Shown here in pieces: positions 1 to 8,957 of a DNA stretch of 64,000 nt; position 1 is the first letter of the stretch; every line of letters starts with the position of its first letter. Made by a program: the position numbers and the translations under genes. Under the pieces are notes generated by a model. It did no database searches, was not told where the DNA came from, and saw only the letters and a program-made list of their open reading frames with translations. This stretch comes from an uncultured Methanosarcinales archaeon (GTDB lineage Archaea; Halobacteriota; Methanosarcinia; Methanotrichales; Methanotrichaceae), in contig CAWJKV010000015.1 in assembly GCA_963843555.1 (NCBI GenBank), positions 32,001 to 96,000 of the forward strand, written 5' to 3'.

Positions 1-1143
1 ATCCTTCAGCTCGTGCTTCTCTCCCAGGCGCATCTTGGTCTTGGCATCGATGGCAAAGAGGAAGCTCTCACCGATATCAGAGTGTACCCGAAACGCCAGG
101 TCCCGGGCCGTGCTGCCCCGCTTCATGAGGAAGGCGTCAGGCAGTATCACTCCCTTGCGGTCTGTGAACTTTCCCTCATCCTCCACGGGATAGAGGACGA
201 TGTAGTCCAATAGCTCGAATATGGCCCGGTTGATGCACTCTTGCACCCCCGTTCCGCCATACTGCTTCATGAGCGCCCTGATCTTCTCCAGGCCCGCCGT
301 CTGGGCAGCGCTGAGCTGGCCCTTGACCACAAAGTCAGGGTCGCCTGGGCGGTAGCTGATCAGGCCAGCCTTCTCTGCCATGCGCAGAGCAATCTCCGCG
401 GCTCCGCTTACAGGTATCACCAGCTCTTCCTTCAGGGCCAAAAGCCTTAAAACATTCTCCGGAGGCGCGACATCCATCTTGTTAGCCGCCAGGATCATGG
501 GCTTGCTGTACTCGCGGAGGAGCATGGCGAACCTCTTCACATCCACATCGTTCCAGCTTCCCAGATCCTTCTTCATCTCAGTCAGAGCGCGCCGGATTTG
601 GTTATCCGAGACCCCTGCGCCTGCCATCTGGTCTATGAGAACCTGCTCGGGCTTGCCTCCTATGCCCTTATAATTCCTCATCAGCTTCTCCCAGTTGCGT
701 TTGAGGATGCCGTTGAGCCACATGCTGATCTCGTACTCCAAAAACTTGACATCTGAGACGGGATCGTAGTTGCCCGTTCCGACCGGATTCCCTTCCGCAT
801 CCGTGCCGCCCGAGGCGTCCAGCACATGAATGACGGCCTCCGCCACCCTCAGTGCGTCCAGGAACTCATTGCCCAGGCCTTTTCCGAGGTGCGCATCGGG
901 AACCAGCCCGGCCACGTCGATCAACTCGATGGCGATGAAACGCACGCCGTCCTTGCACTTTCCGCAGCCCTTCTCGATGCCGAGGTCCCTGCATGGACAG
1001 GGCACGCGCACGTAGGAGACACCGTGATTGGCATCTATGGTTGTAAACGGATAGTTGGCAATATCCACATCTACCAGGGTCGCTGCCTTGAAAAAAGTGG
1101 ATTTGCCAGAGTTCGGCTTTCCAGCCAGCCCTATGGAGAGCAT
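1..1143 (-). CDS. ychF: YchF/Obg-family ATPase/GTPase; 3' end runs off the window
   Basis: Manual translation from ATG at 1143: MLSIGLAGKPNSGKSTFFKAATLVDVDIANYPFTTIDANHG (G1 and YPFTT motifs). In frame with the TGS-like tail EKHELKD at the window edge. Missing from the ORF track because there is no stop codon in the window. Confidence 0.92.
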   Translation of the reverse strand, partial: MLSIGLAGKPNSGKSTFFKAATLVDVDIANYPFTTIDANHGVSYVRVPCPCRDLGIEKGCGKCKDGVRFIAIELIDVAGLVPDAHLGKGLGNEFLDALRVAEAVIHVLDASGGTDAEGNPVGTGNYDPVSDVKFLEYEISMWLNGILKRNWEKLMRNYKGIGGKPEQVLIDQMAGAGVSDNQIRRALTEMKKDLGSWNDVDVKRFAMLLREYSKPMILAANKMDVAPPENVLRLLALKEELVIPVSGAAEIALRMAEKAGLISYRPGDPDFVVKGQLSAAQTAGLEKIRALMKQYGGTGVQECINRAIFELLDYIVLYPVEDEGKFTDRKGVILPDAFLMKRGSTARDLAFRVHSDIGESFLFAIDAKTKMRLGEKHELKD

Positions 1144-1164
1144 ATCAGGTCAGAGATCCAGGGC

Positions 1165-2256
1165 TCAGCGAGAGATGCCGGTGACATTCATCTCTGCAGA
1201 CTTGCTCTCAAAGCGCTTGACCTTGCTCTCAGCCAGCCTGCGGGCCAAGGCCAGACCCTTCTCGGAGACGGCCTTCTCCTGCACGACCCCGGCCGCCAGA
1301 GCAGAAGAGTAGAGCTTCTCGCCCGCATCCGTTCGCGTGAGAACGGTAGACCAGCCGTCGGACGAGCCCACGCTTCCCACGGAGATGTCCGCCAGCTCGC
1401 TGGCAAAGTCAAAGCAGGGACCGCATCCCTTGAAGACAAACTCATCCGTCTCCTCGATCTTCACCTCATGAGCCTTGCCCTCTTTATCGATGACCCGGAA
1501 CATGCCCTTTTTGATCTCGAAACGGGCTACATTCTTGGGGTCCATCCCGAACCTGCCCTTCACAAGTCCCGTCATGAGCAGATCATAGTCGAAGTTCTCC
1601 ATGCAGAAGAGGCCGACCAGCAGAGCGATCTTCTTCTGGCCAAACTGGTAGGGCTCCTCCAGGAGCTGGACTTTTCGCAGAGCTTCAATCTGGCAGGGGG
1701 TGCCCACAAATCCAATCTTCTCGCAGCCCTTCTCCAGGGCCTCCTTGACGGCTATGACGCTGTTGTTGATGGTGTACTTGGTGCCGGCAGCGGCCTTGAT
1801 CTCGTCTGCGGTGGTGGCAACCCGGGATACTGTTCTCCACTCCTCATCCCTGTCTGTGATAACGGCGCAGTCAATCACGCCCGACTCCAATGCCTGGACC
1901 AGCAGGGCGGTAGCCACACCTCCGTCCTGGGCTTTGCCCTCACGTGACTGCGCCTGGGCGGAGACTGCCTTCTTGAAAATTCCCAGGGATTCGTCCGATT
2001 TGCGAGCCCGGCCGAAGAGCTTGGACTCCATATCTCCCATATCAAGGAATGTTCTGGGACAGTAAGTAAAGCAAAGGCCGCAGAGGGGATCGTATTCCAC
2101 CAGGGCAGGCCTGTTCTCTTTGTGCTCGATCTTGGGGCAGAAGGCCTCGCAAGTGCCGCAACGGCAGCATATCTCCGATGTTATGACCTTATGTTCCAGC
2201 TCTCCGAATCCACATTCTAAGTAAGTGGGCTCAGCAAACTTCTCCTTGGCAGCCAT
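1165..2256 (-). CDS. Coenzyme F420 hydrogenase/dehydrogenase beta-subunit family protein (FrhB/FpoF/FdhB-like) with N-terminal ferredoxin motifs
   Basis: Motifs CCRCGTCEAFCP, CGLCFTYCPR, QDGGVATALL, GTPCQI, GLFCMENF, GCGPCFDF and DISVGSVG. Start moved to MAAKEKF. Confidence 0.88.
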   Translation of the reverse strand: MAAKEKFAEPTYLECGFGELEHKVITSEICCRCGTCEAFCPKIEHKENRPALVEYDPLCGLCFTYCPRTFLDMGDMESKLFGRARKSDESLGIFKKAVSAQAQSREGKAQDGGVATALLVQALESGVIDCAVITDRDEEWRTVSRVATTADEIKAAAGTKYTINNSVIAVKEALEKGCEKIGFVGTPCQIEALRKVQLLEEPYQFGQKKIALLVGLFCMENFDYDLLMTGLVKGRFGMDPKNVARFEIKKGMFRVIDKEGKAHEVKIEETDEFVFKGCGPCFDFASELADISVGSVGSSDGWSTVLTRTDAGEKLYSSALAAGVVQEKAVSEKGLALARRLAESKVKRFESKSAEMNVTGISR

Positions 2257-2337
2257 GATCCAGATCTCCAAAAGTTGGTGGCTTAAAGTCACCTCCCGAC
2301 CTAAAGCTTTTATGGTTCGAAGGGCCAAAGGCCCAGG

Positions 2338-3303
2338 ATGATTTTGGGCCTGGATATTGGCGGAGCCAATACAAAAGCCGCCAGCTCAGACGGCCTTTAT
2401 GCGGAGAGCATCTATCTGCCCCTCTGGAAGAAGGCGCCCCTGGATGAGGTGCTGGTCCGGCTCGCGGCCTCCCGGCCGCAGGCGGTGGCTGTCGTCATCA
2501 CAGGCGAGCTGGCTGACTGCTTCTCCTGCAAGAGGGAGGGCATTGAGTGCCTCATGACCGCCGTGAAGAGGGCCTTCTCCTGCCCGACCTGCTTCTGGGG
2601 CGGGAACGGCTTTGGCTGGAAGGACCCCCTGGAAATTGCGGCGGCCAACTGGGCGGCATCAGCCGAGCTTGTGGCCCGCGAGTTCGGTGACTGCCTCTTT
2701 GTGGATATGGGCAGCACAACCACCGATTTTATACCCATAAAGGGAAGGCCGCTGGCCGCAAAGACAGACTTTCTGCGCCTGGCGAGGAGCGAGCTGGTCT
2801 ACATGGGGCTGCTGCGAACCCGATTGGATGCCCTGCTGCCTGTGGCGAGGATAAGAGGAGACAGGGTGCCGCTTGCGCCTGAATTTTTCGCCACCATCGC
2901 CGATGCCCATCTCGCCCTGGGCCGGATAGAGGAGAATCGTTACAGCTGCGAGACAGCCGACGGAGCGGATAAAAGCCGCGTGTCTGCCCTTCGCCGTCTG
3001 GCGCGCTCGGTCTGCGCCGACCTGGAGGAAATAGGCGAGGCGGGAGCGCTGGCGATTGCAGAGCAGGCATGCGGGCGGCAAGAGAGAATCCTGGTTGATG
3101 CTATGGAAAAGCAGTCAGAAAAACACGGGCTTTCCAGGGTGGCCGCAGCGGGAATAGGAGAGAAATCGATTGAAGATGCAGCCAGGTTTCTGGGAATGGA
3201 GTGCATCCGGCTTTCGGAGCGGTATGGTCCCAGGATCTCGGAAGTCTTCCCCGCTTATGCTGTGGCGAGAATGCTGGAGATGGACCCCAGTTTCGCGGAG
3301 TAA
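2338..3303 (+). CDS. mfnF: Hydantoinase/oxoprolinase-related C1-pathway protein, probable methanofuran biosynthesis enzyme MfnF
   Basis: Motifs GLDIGGANTK, TGELADCF, AAANW, DMGSTTTD, PEFFAT and RLARSVCAD are typical of this family. Confidence 0.8.
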   Translation: MILGLDIGGANTKAASSDGLYAESIYLPLWKKAPLDEVLVRLAASRPQAVAVVITGELADCFSCKREGIECLMTAVKRAFSCPTCFWGGNGFGWKDPLEIAAANWAASAELVAREFGDCLFVDMGSTTTDFIPIKGRPLAAKTDFLRLARSELVYMGLLRTRLDALLPVARIRGDRVPLAPEFFATIADAHLALGRIEENRYSCETADGADKSRVSALRRLARSVCADLEEIGEAGALAIAEQACGRQERILVDAMEKQSEKHGLSRVAAAGIGEKSIEDAARFLGMECIRLSERYGPRISEVFPAYAVARMLEMDPSFAE

Positions 3304-3386
3304 ATCAAGAGATTCAAGCTTATCATAATCCAACCGCCTCAATCCACTAACTTGATAACGGTGAGATGGCATAAGTTCTCCCAGAG

Positions 3387-4571
3387 GTGCAGGCCCTGAA
3401 TAAGAGCATCATTCCCGTCTTTGAGCTTTCCGTAGTCTCGAGGCATATTACCTATAGAAAAAGAGGAACCTTTCTCTCTGTGGCAGCCATAGCCCTGGCG
3501 GTGGCCATTTCTCTGATGTCCGTCTCTCTCCAGGATGGTTTTCAGGGGATGCTTTTTGATATCATAGTTGAGGATCTTCCTCATGTTACCGTCACCCCCA
3601 AGGAGGGAGACGATTACATCTACCTCTACAGAAGCCTCACGGATCGCATCTGGGCTATTCCGGGAGTGGTTGCCGTCTCGCCCGGACTGGGCTCAGAGGC
3701 GACCTTCACTCACAAGGATAACGTAGAGAATGTGGGAATGTCGGGTGTAAACCCGGTGGATTTGGATAAAATCTACAATATAGGAAAGTACGTAATCCAG
3801 GGAGATCTGAATTCCATCCAGGATGGAAATAAGGTGGTTATGGGGCAAAAACTCGCCGATAGGCTGAAGGTAAAGCTGGGCCAGACGGTGTTTGTCAGCT
3901 TTCCCGATGCCCGAGGCACTAGCCTGATTGTATCTGGAATCTTCAATGCACCTACCGGGTGGCCGGAGGATATCGCCTTTGTATCGCTCTCCACCGCCAG
4001 GAATTTTCTGAACAAAGGAGATGTGGTGTCATATGTGGATGTAAAGCTGGAAGACGTCTATCAGGCAGATGCAGTGGTCGGAAATCTGCGAGAGTACGGA
4101 TACGAAGCGGATTCCTGGCAGCAACTTTACCCTGAGATCCTGAAAACGCTGGCCATTGAAAACTTCCAGAACCGGCTGATAATGTTATTGATCCTGATCA
4201 TCGCCGCCTTTGGGATTGGGAGCGCGATGTACATGCTGGTCAATGAAAAAACCAGCGAGATTGGCATGCTCATGGCCATGGGGGCACGCAGACAAAACAT
4301 AATGAGTATCTTCCTGTTGGAAAGCGCAATCCTGGGTCTGATGGGCGGGGTATTGGGTGCTGTCCTGGGCTTTATCATGGCCCTCTATCTCCGGAGCCTG
4401 AAGATAATGATGGATACACCTGGCGGACAGCATATCAGCTTGCCTGTAGTGATCAATCCCGAGAGCTTCTTATCTATTGTGCTCGTGGCTGTAGCATTGA
4501 GCGTCGTCGCAGGTCTATATCCTGCCTGGCAGGCGTCCCGGCTTGATCCTGCTCTTGCTATCAACGGATGA
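3387..4571 (+). CDS. ABC transporter permease, MacB/LolE/FtsX family
   Basis: One N-terminal TM helix, a large extracytoplasmic domain, EIGMLMAMGA, and a C-terminal YPAWQASRLDP. Exact start uncertain. Confidence 0.9.
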   Translation: MQALNKSIIPVFELSVVSRHITYRKRGTFLSVAAIALAVAISLMSVSLQDGFQGMLFDIIVEDLPHVTVTPKEGDDYIYLYRSLTDRIWAIPGVVAVSPGLGSEATFTHKDNVENVGMSGVNPVDLDKIYNIGKYVIQGDLNSIQDGNKVVMGQKLADRLKVKLGQTVFVSFPDARGTSLIVSGIFNAPTGWPEDIAFVSLSTARNFLNKGDVVSYVDVKLEDVYQADAVVGNLREYGYEADSWQQLYPEILKTLAIENFQNRLIMLLILIIAAFGIGSAMYMLVNEKTSEIGMLMAMGARRQNIMSIFLLESAILGLMGGVLGAVLGFIMALYLRSLKIMMDTPGGQHISLPVVINPESFLSIVLVAVALSVVAGLYPAWQASRLDPALAING

Positions 4572-5737
4572 GATCAAAGATGTACGAATTCACCATAGCC
4601 CAGAGGCATATCCTGAGAAACCCCAAGATGGCGTTCTTCACAGTTGCCGCGGTGACACTGGCGGTGGCCATCATTATCGTTCTCATGGGCTTGATGAGCG
4701 GTTTTGAGGAGGAGGTCATCACCACAACGGTTGAGAATAATCCTCACATTTATATCCAGCCAAAGGAGGATGAGAAGTACATCTACCTCTATCGAACCGT
4801 CTCTGCCATTTTATGGAATTATCCCGAGGTGGAAGCGGTCTCGGCAAGGCTGGCCGGAAAGGCGGCTGCCAAGTACAAAGACAAAGTCCGCGGGGTCGAC
4901 TTTTTGGGCGTTGATCCAGGCGACGAAGACCTGTTGATGAACGTTCAAAGAGATATCGTCATCGGCAACTTTCAGGACCTGAACCACAGAAAGTATGCTG
5001 CATTCATAGGAACGACTCTGGCGGACGATCTGAAACTGCATCCGGAAGACGATTTTATTCTGGTGAGAGGAAATAAATCCATCCGGCTCAAGGTTGCCGG
5101 CCTCTTTGAGACGGGCTCGGCCAACGACCAGTCGCTGATCTACGTTCCTCTGAAAACGGCCCAGGATCTGGTAGAAAAAGGAGATGTGGTCTCAGAGGTG
5201 GACGCTAGAGTCTCAGACATATATCAGGCGCCCTATATAGCTGCAGATCTCAGGGGTCAATTTCAATATCAGTCCAGGTCCTGGCAGGATACGAATGCCG
5301 ACATCCTCGAACTGATCCAAACACAGAAATATTTCTCCATAATATTCTACATTCTCATATTCTTGATAGCAGGATTTGGCATCGCCAATACCATGATCAT
5401 GATAATATCTCGCAAGACCAAAGAGATCGGCATCCTTATGGCTATGGGGGCTACAAGGCGGTCGATTCTCAAAATTTTTATGCTGGAGAGCCTCATCCTG
5501 GCTCCGCCTTCGGCCTTGCTCGGGAGTGTACTCGCATATCTCGCAGCCAGGCTCATAATGTCTTACAGTATTGAGCTTCCTTCCGAGATCTACATGGTCT
5601 CCAGGATGACAGTCACCATGAAGCCCGAGTTCTTTATTTACGCAGTGATCTTCGCCCTTATCATCAACTTCGTGGCAGGACTCTATCCGGCCTGGAAGGC
5701 TTCCATGATGGATCCAGTGGAGGCGATAGGAAGTTGA
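4568..5737 (+). CDS. ABC transporter permease, MacB/LolE/FtsX family (paralog of the upstream gene)
   Basis: EIGILMAMGA and YPAWKASMMDP motifs; ATGA overlap with the upstream gene. Confidence 0.9.
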   Translation: MRSKMYEFTIAQRHILRNPKMAFFTVAAVTLAVAIIIVLMGLMSGFEEEVITTTVENNPHIYIQPKEDEKYIYLYRTVSAILWNYPEVEAVSARLAGKAAAKYKDKVRGVDFLGVDPGDEDLLMNVQRDIVIGNFQDLNHRKYAAFIGTTLADDLKLHPEDDFILVRGNKSIRLKVAGLFETGSANDQSLIYVPLKTAQDLVEKGDVVSEVDARVSDIYQAPYIAADLRGQFQYQSRSWQDTNADILELIQTQKYFSIIFYILIFLIAGFGIANTMIMIISRKTKEIGILMAMGATRRSILKIFMLESLILAPPSALLGSVLAYLAARLIMSYSIELPSEIYMVSRMTVTMKPEFFIYAVIFALIINFVAGLYPAWKASMMDPVEAIGS

Positions 5738-5924
5738 TGAGAGATTAGAGAGAATTTTAGTCACGTGTGCTATTGATCATGGGATACACGCATTTTTTTT
5801 AGAACCAAAGGTCTTTGTCCGAAGGAATTTTCCATTTTGGTTGCTTTGCCAAAATGCCCTGAAGCCCAAAAATTAGGATAGATTATTGCGAGTCATGTAC
5901 TTTCGCGTCGCGAGTCATATGAAG

Positions 5925-6083
5925 CTAGGTCTCGATCTTGACTCTACGCCTCTCGAAGAACTCAATTAGAGCCTCTTCCACAATCTGGCTTTGAGCATTC
6001 ATACTATTCCTGGTCTGGGCAGCATAACCGATTAGGGCTTTTGCCAATGGTTCTGACAGATCGAAGTCAATTATTTTGGGCAT
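5925..6083 (-). CDS. Small ribbon-helix-helix (CopG/Arc-like) DNA-binding protein, 52 aa; below the ORF-track cutoff
   Basis: AGGAG RBS 7 nt before the ATG. MPKIIDFDLSEPLAKALIGYAAQTRNSMNAQSQIVEEALIEFFERRRVKIET has an alternating hydrophobic strand, helix A, then the SQIVEEAL helix-B pattern. Confidence 0.7.
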   Translation of the reverse strand: MPKIIDFDLSEPLAKALIGYAAQTRNSMNAQSQIVEEALIEFFERRRVKIET

Positions 6084-6616
6084 AAATGAACTCCTTTTCG
6101 CTTAGTAGCGTTCCATTTTTTGGGAGATCGGTCCAGTTCTCCACTCTACTGAGGTGTTCTGCACTAATAAGGATTTTATGGCACAAATTACAATTTCTAG
6201 CACAAGGTATGAACTATCAATTGCCACTTCATATCAGCATTTTGCAGTCTTAATGCTTCTTTTGTGGCCCTAAATCCGGAAACCTTATCGTTAATGTAAG
6301 CTTAGACATTAATACTTTAAAGTACCATAATCTGTATAAATATAAAGTGTAAAAATCAACTCGCTTATAATGCAACTATATCGACTGCCTCCCAGCTGAT
6401 AGCCAAAACCGGCGAGTCTATACTGCACAATCGAGCAAGAGAAATCACTTACTGATGGTTGGTATATGACATTTTTGTGCAGTAGCGCTTCGGAATCATC
6501 CCAGTTGCTGCAGAACATTGACAACAGTTTCGCTTGTCTGGGAAATATTATTAATATTAATTGAATAAGTAGATGATATTTTAGTATGATCTGTACATTA
6601 TTGCCTTCAAACTTCA

Positions 6617-6630
6617 CATAATCGTCTATA
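6617..6630 (+). promoter_or_regulatory. Conserved 14-bp motif CATAATCGTCTATA, copy 1
   Basis: Exact match to the copies at 8437-8450 and 49190-49203; 230 nt upstream of the wHTH gene at 6861. Confidence 0.6.
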
Positions 6631-6860
6631 TATCATATTGGATTTCATCTTTGATATAAAGGATGGAGAAATGCCCAGGATCACCATAATTTGGGTAAAG
6701 CAATAAAATTTCCTTCAAAACCGGAGGTTCTCTTCGCACTCGTGGATCTGATGCCATCCAAGAGCGGAGATATAAAGATGGAATTAAAAGACGCCGGCTA
6801 TAGATCAAGCTTCCGACGGGTCGTCTACAATCGCATTATAGATCAGCAAGGAGGGGTACC

Positions 6861-7112
6861 ATGAAGAGAAGCAAGCAAGAGATCTTCTCCCAAATCCTGG
6901 ACATATGCTTGACCGGTGCAAATAAAACTAAAATCGTATATCAGGCGAACCTTAACTTCAGAACTGTAAATCCGTATTTAGAAATTCTAATTAAAAATCA
7001 GCATCTAATAGAGATCGGTCAGGGAGCGCAGATACTATACAAAACCACACCAAAGGGCACATATCTTCTGGAAAGCATAAATAAAATCAATAACACATTA
7101 TTCGAGAAATGA
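6861..7112 (+). CDS. Small winged helix-turn-helix transcriptional regulator (HTH_45/ArnR1-like), paralog 1
   Basis: KRSxxEI...KTKIVYQANLNF...YKTTPKG signature; GGAGG RBS. Confidence 0.88.
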   Translation: MKRSKQEIFSQILDICLTGANKTKIVYQANLNFRTVNPYLEILIKNQHLIEIGQGAQILYKTTPKGTYLLESINKINNTLFEK

Positions 7113-7289
7113 AGGGATAGATTAAATCTTTCTTTTGCTTAATCCCTCAGTAATAGAGTTACTGTCTAATTCATTTGATGATAATTCAAGTCGTTTCCAA
7201 GGAACAATTGCGACCCATTGTTCGCGCTTTGTGCTATCATCCACAATCTGTGTCAATAATTTTAAATACACTCTGATACCAATACTATT

Positions 7290-7430
7290 ACTGGCCCTCG
7301 AGTGGCCAGGCCATTTTGGAAAACCTCCTTCCTTACTGGAGAGCTTTAGTTTCTCCTCTTCGGAGCTCTCCAGACCATTCTACCATATTGTCCCGTCCCC
7401 ACGCAGCAGAAGGATGGGGCGATAAGTTTT
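7290..7430 (+). ncRNA. Candidate small RNA with anti-Shine-Dalgarno motifs (copy A); ends approximate
   Basis: TTTAAATA box at 7261. ACCUCCUU at 7323-7330. Hairpin CUGGAGAGCU/AGCUCUCCAG with a CUCC loop. A second 11-bp G.U-containing hairpin is followed by UUUU. Confidence 0.5.
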
Positions 7431-7900
7431 GCAAAGCTTAAAAAGCGTTATTTTACTGAGATATATCACTGAAAAAGGCTCGGTAAGCAAGGTGGCGAAA
7501 ATCCAGTGTAAGGTTGCCAGGTCATTGAATGATAAACCACTATTTGGTGGTATTTATTATGGCCGTTAGATTCCCAGGGGCATGCTTGGATTCATATTTG
7601 ACTCTTCTGCATTCATTATAGGGAACTTTTTGACAAACATCATGAAATGAAGCTGGCTATGCTTCATGCTTTGTACTAAAATTCGCAATCTGTGTCATAA
7701 AACACTTATACAAATGTTGGAAAACAGACATTGCAGGATGCCCGTGTCGTAAGTACCCCGGTCTTAGATGGAGTGGATGAAAAATGAGGTCTAATGATAA
7801 GGTGAAGAAAAAGGAGAAATCTGCCAAGAAAACCGCCCTTAGCACTAGCAATAGGGCCTCTGACCAAGATGTGTATGCCTCAGAGAACGGAGGAGGATAC

Positions 7901-8053
7901 ATGGATAATAGGGGCATATTGACGCTAAAATATGAAGTAGATGAGAAGGGTATTGGACAACTTCTCTTGCCACCCAGCCTTTCGTTGCTGCTCCAATCAG
8001 ATCGAGTATCGATATCGCCGTCCGCTGGCGGGCTATTCATTCGATCGGTTTGA
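7901..8053 (+). CDS. AbrB/MazE/SpoVT-like small DNA-binding protein (alternative start at 7784 adds a Lys-rich extension)
   Basis: GGAGGAGG directly before ATG 7901. VDEKGIGQLLLPPSL...DRVSI...GLFIRSV resembles the swapped-hairpin pattern. Confidence 0.55.
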   Translation: MDNRGILTLKYEVDEKGIGQLLLPPSLSLLLQSDRVSISPSAGGLFIRSV

Positions 8054-8098
8054 AAATTTTTCTGGCATCCCCAATTTCAAAATAGTGAAGTGTCAAAG

Positions 8099-8230
8099 AT
8101 GAGAACACAAAGATCGGATAAAAAAAATGGGTCCGGAAAATGTATCGCTTGCGGCCAAATGACCACATCCGGGTCATTCTGTCATTATTGTCAGGAGATG
8201 AGAGAGGATCTTCGTTGCTGGCCAAAATAA
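8099..8230 (+). CDS. Zinc-finger microprotein, 43 aa (CxxC-x9-CxxC); below the ORF-track cutoff
   Basis: MRTQRSDKKNGSGKCIACGQMTTSGSFCHYCQEMREDLRCWPK; starts 45 nt after the AbrB-like gene and precedes a terminator. Confidence 0.6.
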   Translation: MRTQRSDKKNGSGKCIACGQMTTSGSFCHYCQEMREDLRCWPK

Positions 8231-8270
8231 TTGCAGGCCCCCGGGATTTTGATGCTCAAATCTAGCTGCG

Positions 8271-8317
8271 GAGATCATGCCAAGTTGTCGTACCGCGGTA
8301 TGATCTCTTTGCTTTTT
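8271..8317 (+). terminator. Hairpin plus T-tract ending the AbrB/zinc-finger unit
   Basis: Stem GAGATCATGCC/GGTATGATCTC (11 bp, one G.U pair) followed by TTTGCTTTTT. Confidence 0.55.
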
Positions 8318-8436
8318 GGAATGCCCTCAGCATAAGTGGCTAAAAAACTCCGACGAAAGTTCATACTTATGATAAGTATGGATGATAAGAATAGAATCCA
8401 TAGTTGATCCAGTACAGTACTTCTTTTAGAAATGAA

Positions 8437-8450
8437 CATAATCGTCTATA
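8437..8450 (+). promoter_or_regulatory. Conserved motif CATAATCGTCTATA, copy 2
   Basis: 38 nt upstream of the wHTH ATG at 8489; positions 8428-8450 match 49181-49203 at 22 of 23 bases. Confidence 0.65.
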
Positions 8451-8488
8451 ATACTGAACAAGATGATCAGTAAAGAAAGGGGAAAACT

Positions 8489-8770
8489 ATGAAAAGGAAT
8501 AGAAACGAGATCATCTCAGAAATCCTGAACATATGCATTAAAGGTTCCAGCAAAACTCGGGTAGTATATCAGGCGAACCTAAATTTCAGAACCGTAGATC
8601 CTTACTTGCAGCTCCTGATAAAAAATGAACTGATAAAAGTTCAACAAGGCCGACATGCAATTTACGAAACCACAGAAAAGGGCATAAGCTTAATGAATAC
8701 CATCAATCAGGTCAATAACACTCTATCGGAAAATCAGAGAATATTCGTCCTGCCAACTTCGCCCCTATAA
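8489..8770 (+). CDS. Small wHTH transcriptional regulator (HTH_45-like), paralog 2
   Basis: KRNRNEII...KTRVVYQANLNFRTV...YETTEKG. Confidence 0.88.
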   Translation: MKRNRNEIISEILNICIKGSSKTRVVYQANLNFRTVDPYLQLLIKNELIKVQQGRHAIYETTEKGISLMNTINQVNNTLSENQRIFVLPTSPL

Positions 8771-8957
8771 AGCCATTTTTTGGGGCAGCGTCTATAGAGC
8801 ATGATGAAGTCTCTTACCGCAGAATCTGCCATCGGGAAGAGGCATTCAGCCGCTCATGGATAATCTCAGTTTATGGAAGCATATCTTCTCTAATTGTTGA
8901 CAGGGCATGACTAAATACCTTCTGATTTTTAACCTTTTTAGATGACCTGCCCGATCA

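Noticed and set aside
826..1947. 373-aa plus-strand ORF, and similar long ORFs at 27163-27963, 31404-32210 and 41369-42205
   Set aside because: They are antisense or alternative-frame shadows of well-supported genes in GC-rich DNA and carry no motifs.
6309..6808. Minus-strand ORFs of 102 aa and 60 aa in the AT-rich patch
   Set aside because: No RBS or recognisable motif, atypical composition, and they overlap likely promoter sequence.
6691..6864. 57-codon TTG ORF whose stop overlaps the wHTH start (ATGA)
   Set aside because: The overlap is suggestive, but there is no RBS or motif, so it cannot be supported without homologs.
7135..7425. 96-aa plus-strand ORF
   Set aside because: It runs through a TATA box and strong hairpins and is better explained as an sRNA locus.
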